From NCBI GenBank assembly GCA_965261085.1, contig OZ253442.1:2176001-2240000 (forward strand): a DNA stretch of 64,000 bases, written 5' to 3'. The translations under genes were made by a program, and so were the position numbers. Below are positions 62,646 through 64,000 of this stretch, in pieces (the first letter of the stretch is position 1; the number at the start of each line of letters is the position of its first letter). This DNA is from a bacterium (lineage in GTDB: Bacteria; UBA8248). Under the pieces are notes generated by a model. That model made no database searches and was not told the origin of the DNA. It saw nothing but the letters and a program-made list of their open reading frames with translations.

Positions 62646-62765
62646 ATGATGAAGAGAATATTACTTGTAAGCATCCTGATGGTCGGGATAGCTTGCATGA
62701 CCACGGGTTGTGGGGTCAAAGGACCGCCAAAACCTCCCAAGAGTCCGGTTGCCAAGAGTTTGTGA
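62646..62765 (+). CDS. Small lipoprotein, LptM/YifL-like (MMKRILLVSILMVGIACMTTGCGVKGPPKPPKSPVAKSL)
   Basis: Signal peptide, TTGC lipobox and CGxKGP motif, between argH and lysA. Below the ORF-track length cutoff. Confidence 0.8.
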   Translation: MMKRILLVSILMVGIACMTTGCGVKGPPKPPKSPVAKSL

Positions 62766-62807
62766 AAAACCTTGTGTCTCACGGAACTCGGAAAGAGAGC
62801 TTGAGGA

Positions 62808-64000
62808 ATGCACCATTTTGAGTACAAAGATGGGGAGTTGCACGCGGAAAACGTATCCCTGACGCGGCTGGCGGAGGAGGTGGGGACGCCTTTTTACGCT
62901 TACAGCCATGAGACGCTCTCGCGTCATTTCCGTGTGTTCGACGAAGCGTTCTCATCCGTTCCGCACCTCATCTGCTTCGCCATGAAAAGCAATTCGAACC
63001 TGGCGATACTCCGGCTGTTCGGCGCGATGGGCGGGGGGCTGGATATCGTTTCGGGAGGCGAATTGTTTCGTGCGGTCAAGGCCGGGATGCCGGCCGGGCG
63101 CATCGTGTTTGCGGGTGTCGGCAAATCGGACGATGAGATTGCCTATGCGCTCGAAAAGGGCGTGTTGTTGTTCAATGTGGAAAGCGAAGAGGAGTTGGTG
63201 AACATCGGTGCGGTGGCGAGCCGCATGGGCAAGCGGGCTCAAGTCGCGATTCGGGTGAATCCCGACGTCGATCCCCAGACCCATCCCTATATAGCCACCG
63301 GACTCAAGAAGAGTAAGTTCGGCATCGATATCAATCGGGCGAGAGAGCAGTACCAGACCGCCTCGAAGCTCGAGGGTATCGAACCCTCCGGCGTGCATTG
63401 CCATATCGGAAGCCAGATTACGTCGAGCACCCCGTTCGCCGATGCGGTCGGAATCGTGGTGCGGCTGGTGGGCGAGTTGCGGGGTGACGGGCACGCCATC
63501 CGGTACCTCAATTTGGGCGGCGGCCTCGGCATCACCTATCACGATGAGGCGCCGCCTCTGCCGAAAGACTATGCAGCCGCCATATTGCCGAAGCTGAAAG
63601 ATTTGGGGTGCACGTTGATTTTCGAACCTGGTCGCGTCATCACGGGCAATGCGGGTATTCTCGTCACGCGAGTGCTGTATGAGAAGAAAAATCCCGACAA
63701 GCGCTTCGTGATCATCGACGCGGGCATGAACGACCTCATCCGCCCCAGCCTTTATCAAGCCTACCAGGACGTGTGGCCCGTAGAGGAAGCGGTGCGGGGA
63801 AGAACGAAACATCTCACGGATCTGGTGGGCCCCATATGTGAAAGCGGGGACTATCTGGCCAAAGACCGCGATTTGCCGGAGCTTCACAGGGACGATTTGG
63901 TGGCAGTCATGAGTTCGGGCGCGTATGGCTTCACCATGGCGTCGAACTACAACTCGCGTCCCAGGCTCCCCGAGATTCTTGTGCGCGGGGATGAGTATCA
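62808..64000 (+). CDS. lysA: Diaminopimelate decarboxylase (3' end outside window)
   Basis: Translated by hand from ATG 62808: GTPFYAYS, FAMKSNSN, HCHIGSQI, GGG, EPGR, GPICESGD, GAYG and SNYNSR. No stop codon in the window. Confidence 0.95.
   Translation, partial: MHHFEYKDGELHAENVSLTRLAEEVGTPFYAYSHETLSRHFRVFDEAFSSVPHLICFAMKSNSNLAILRLFGAMGGGLDIVSGGELFRAVKAGMPAGRIVFAGVGKSDDEIAYALEKGVLLFNVESEEELVNIGAVASRMGKRAQVAIRVNPDVDPQTHPYIATGLKKSKFGIDINRAREQYQTASKLEGIEPSGVHCHIGSQITSSTPFADAVGIVVRLVGELRGDGHAIRYLNLGGGLGITYHDEAPPLPKDYAAAILPKLKDLGCTLIFEPGRVITGNAGILVTRVLYEKKNPDKRFVIIDAGMNDLIRPSLYQAYQDVWPVEEAVRGRTKHLTDLVGPICESGDYLAKDRDLPELHRDDLVAVMSSGAYGFTMASNYNSRPRLPEILVRGDEY

Noticed and set aside
62952-63887. 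311-aa minus-strand ORF
   Set aside because: Antisense shadow of lysA, which the ORF track missed because its stop lies beyond the window.

Overview
GC-rich bacterial chromosome segment, mostly housekeeping. The gene order resembles Nitrospinota/Desulfobacterota-type genomes (inference only). Plus strand 1-28.7 kb: uvrA (5'-truncated by the window), truA, a Trp-codon leader/attenuator, trpE-G-D-C, an accessory block (alpha/beta hydrolase, a palindrome-filled MITE-like element, a 3' duplicate fragment plus a full copy of a mandelate-racemase-family gene flanking a foreign-looking LLM monooxygenase), then pheA-hisC-tyrA-cmk-rpsA-ihf-macro-miaA-aroK-aroC-nadX-2-hydroxyacid dehydrogenase-ilvE-FmdB, a cyclase (minus strand), a small 8-Cys FYVE-like zinc finger, tRNA-Leu(CAA) and a DegT aminotransferase. 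Minus strand 28.7-58.8 kb: plsY, pgsA, a sigma-70 factor, bamD, mltD, purF-L-Q-S-C-B, an MBL hydrolase, gmhA, uxs, ugd, lptD, pssA, psd, a doubled ilvB-ilvB-ilvN-ilvN, DUF465, tsaB, rex, atpE-B-I-Z and an MFS transporter. At 59.0-61.2 kb is the most unusual structure: three nested elements sharing IS1182-type terminal inverted repeats (outer shell, inner MITE, intact IS1182), filled with several palindromic repeat families. All three sit at NN(T/C)GAG sites and the two inner ones are in hairpin loops. A decayed sibling lies at 8.95-9.35 kb. The window ends with argH, a small LptM/YifL-type lipoprotein and lysA (3'-truncated). All calls come from motif recognition by eye; no searches were run.
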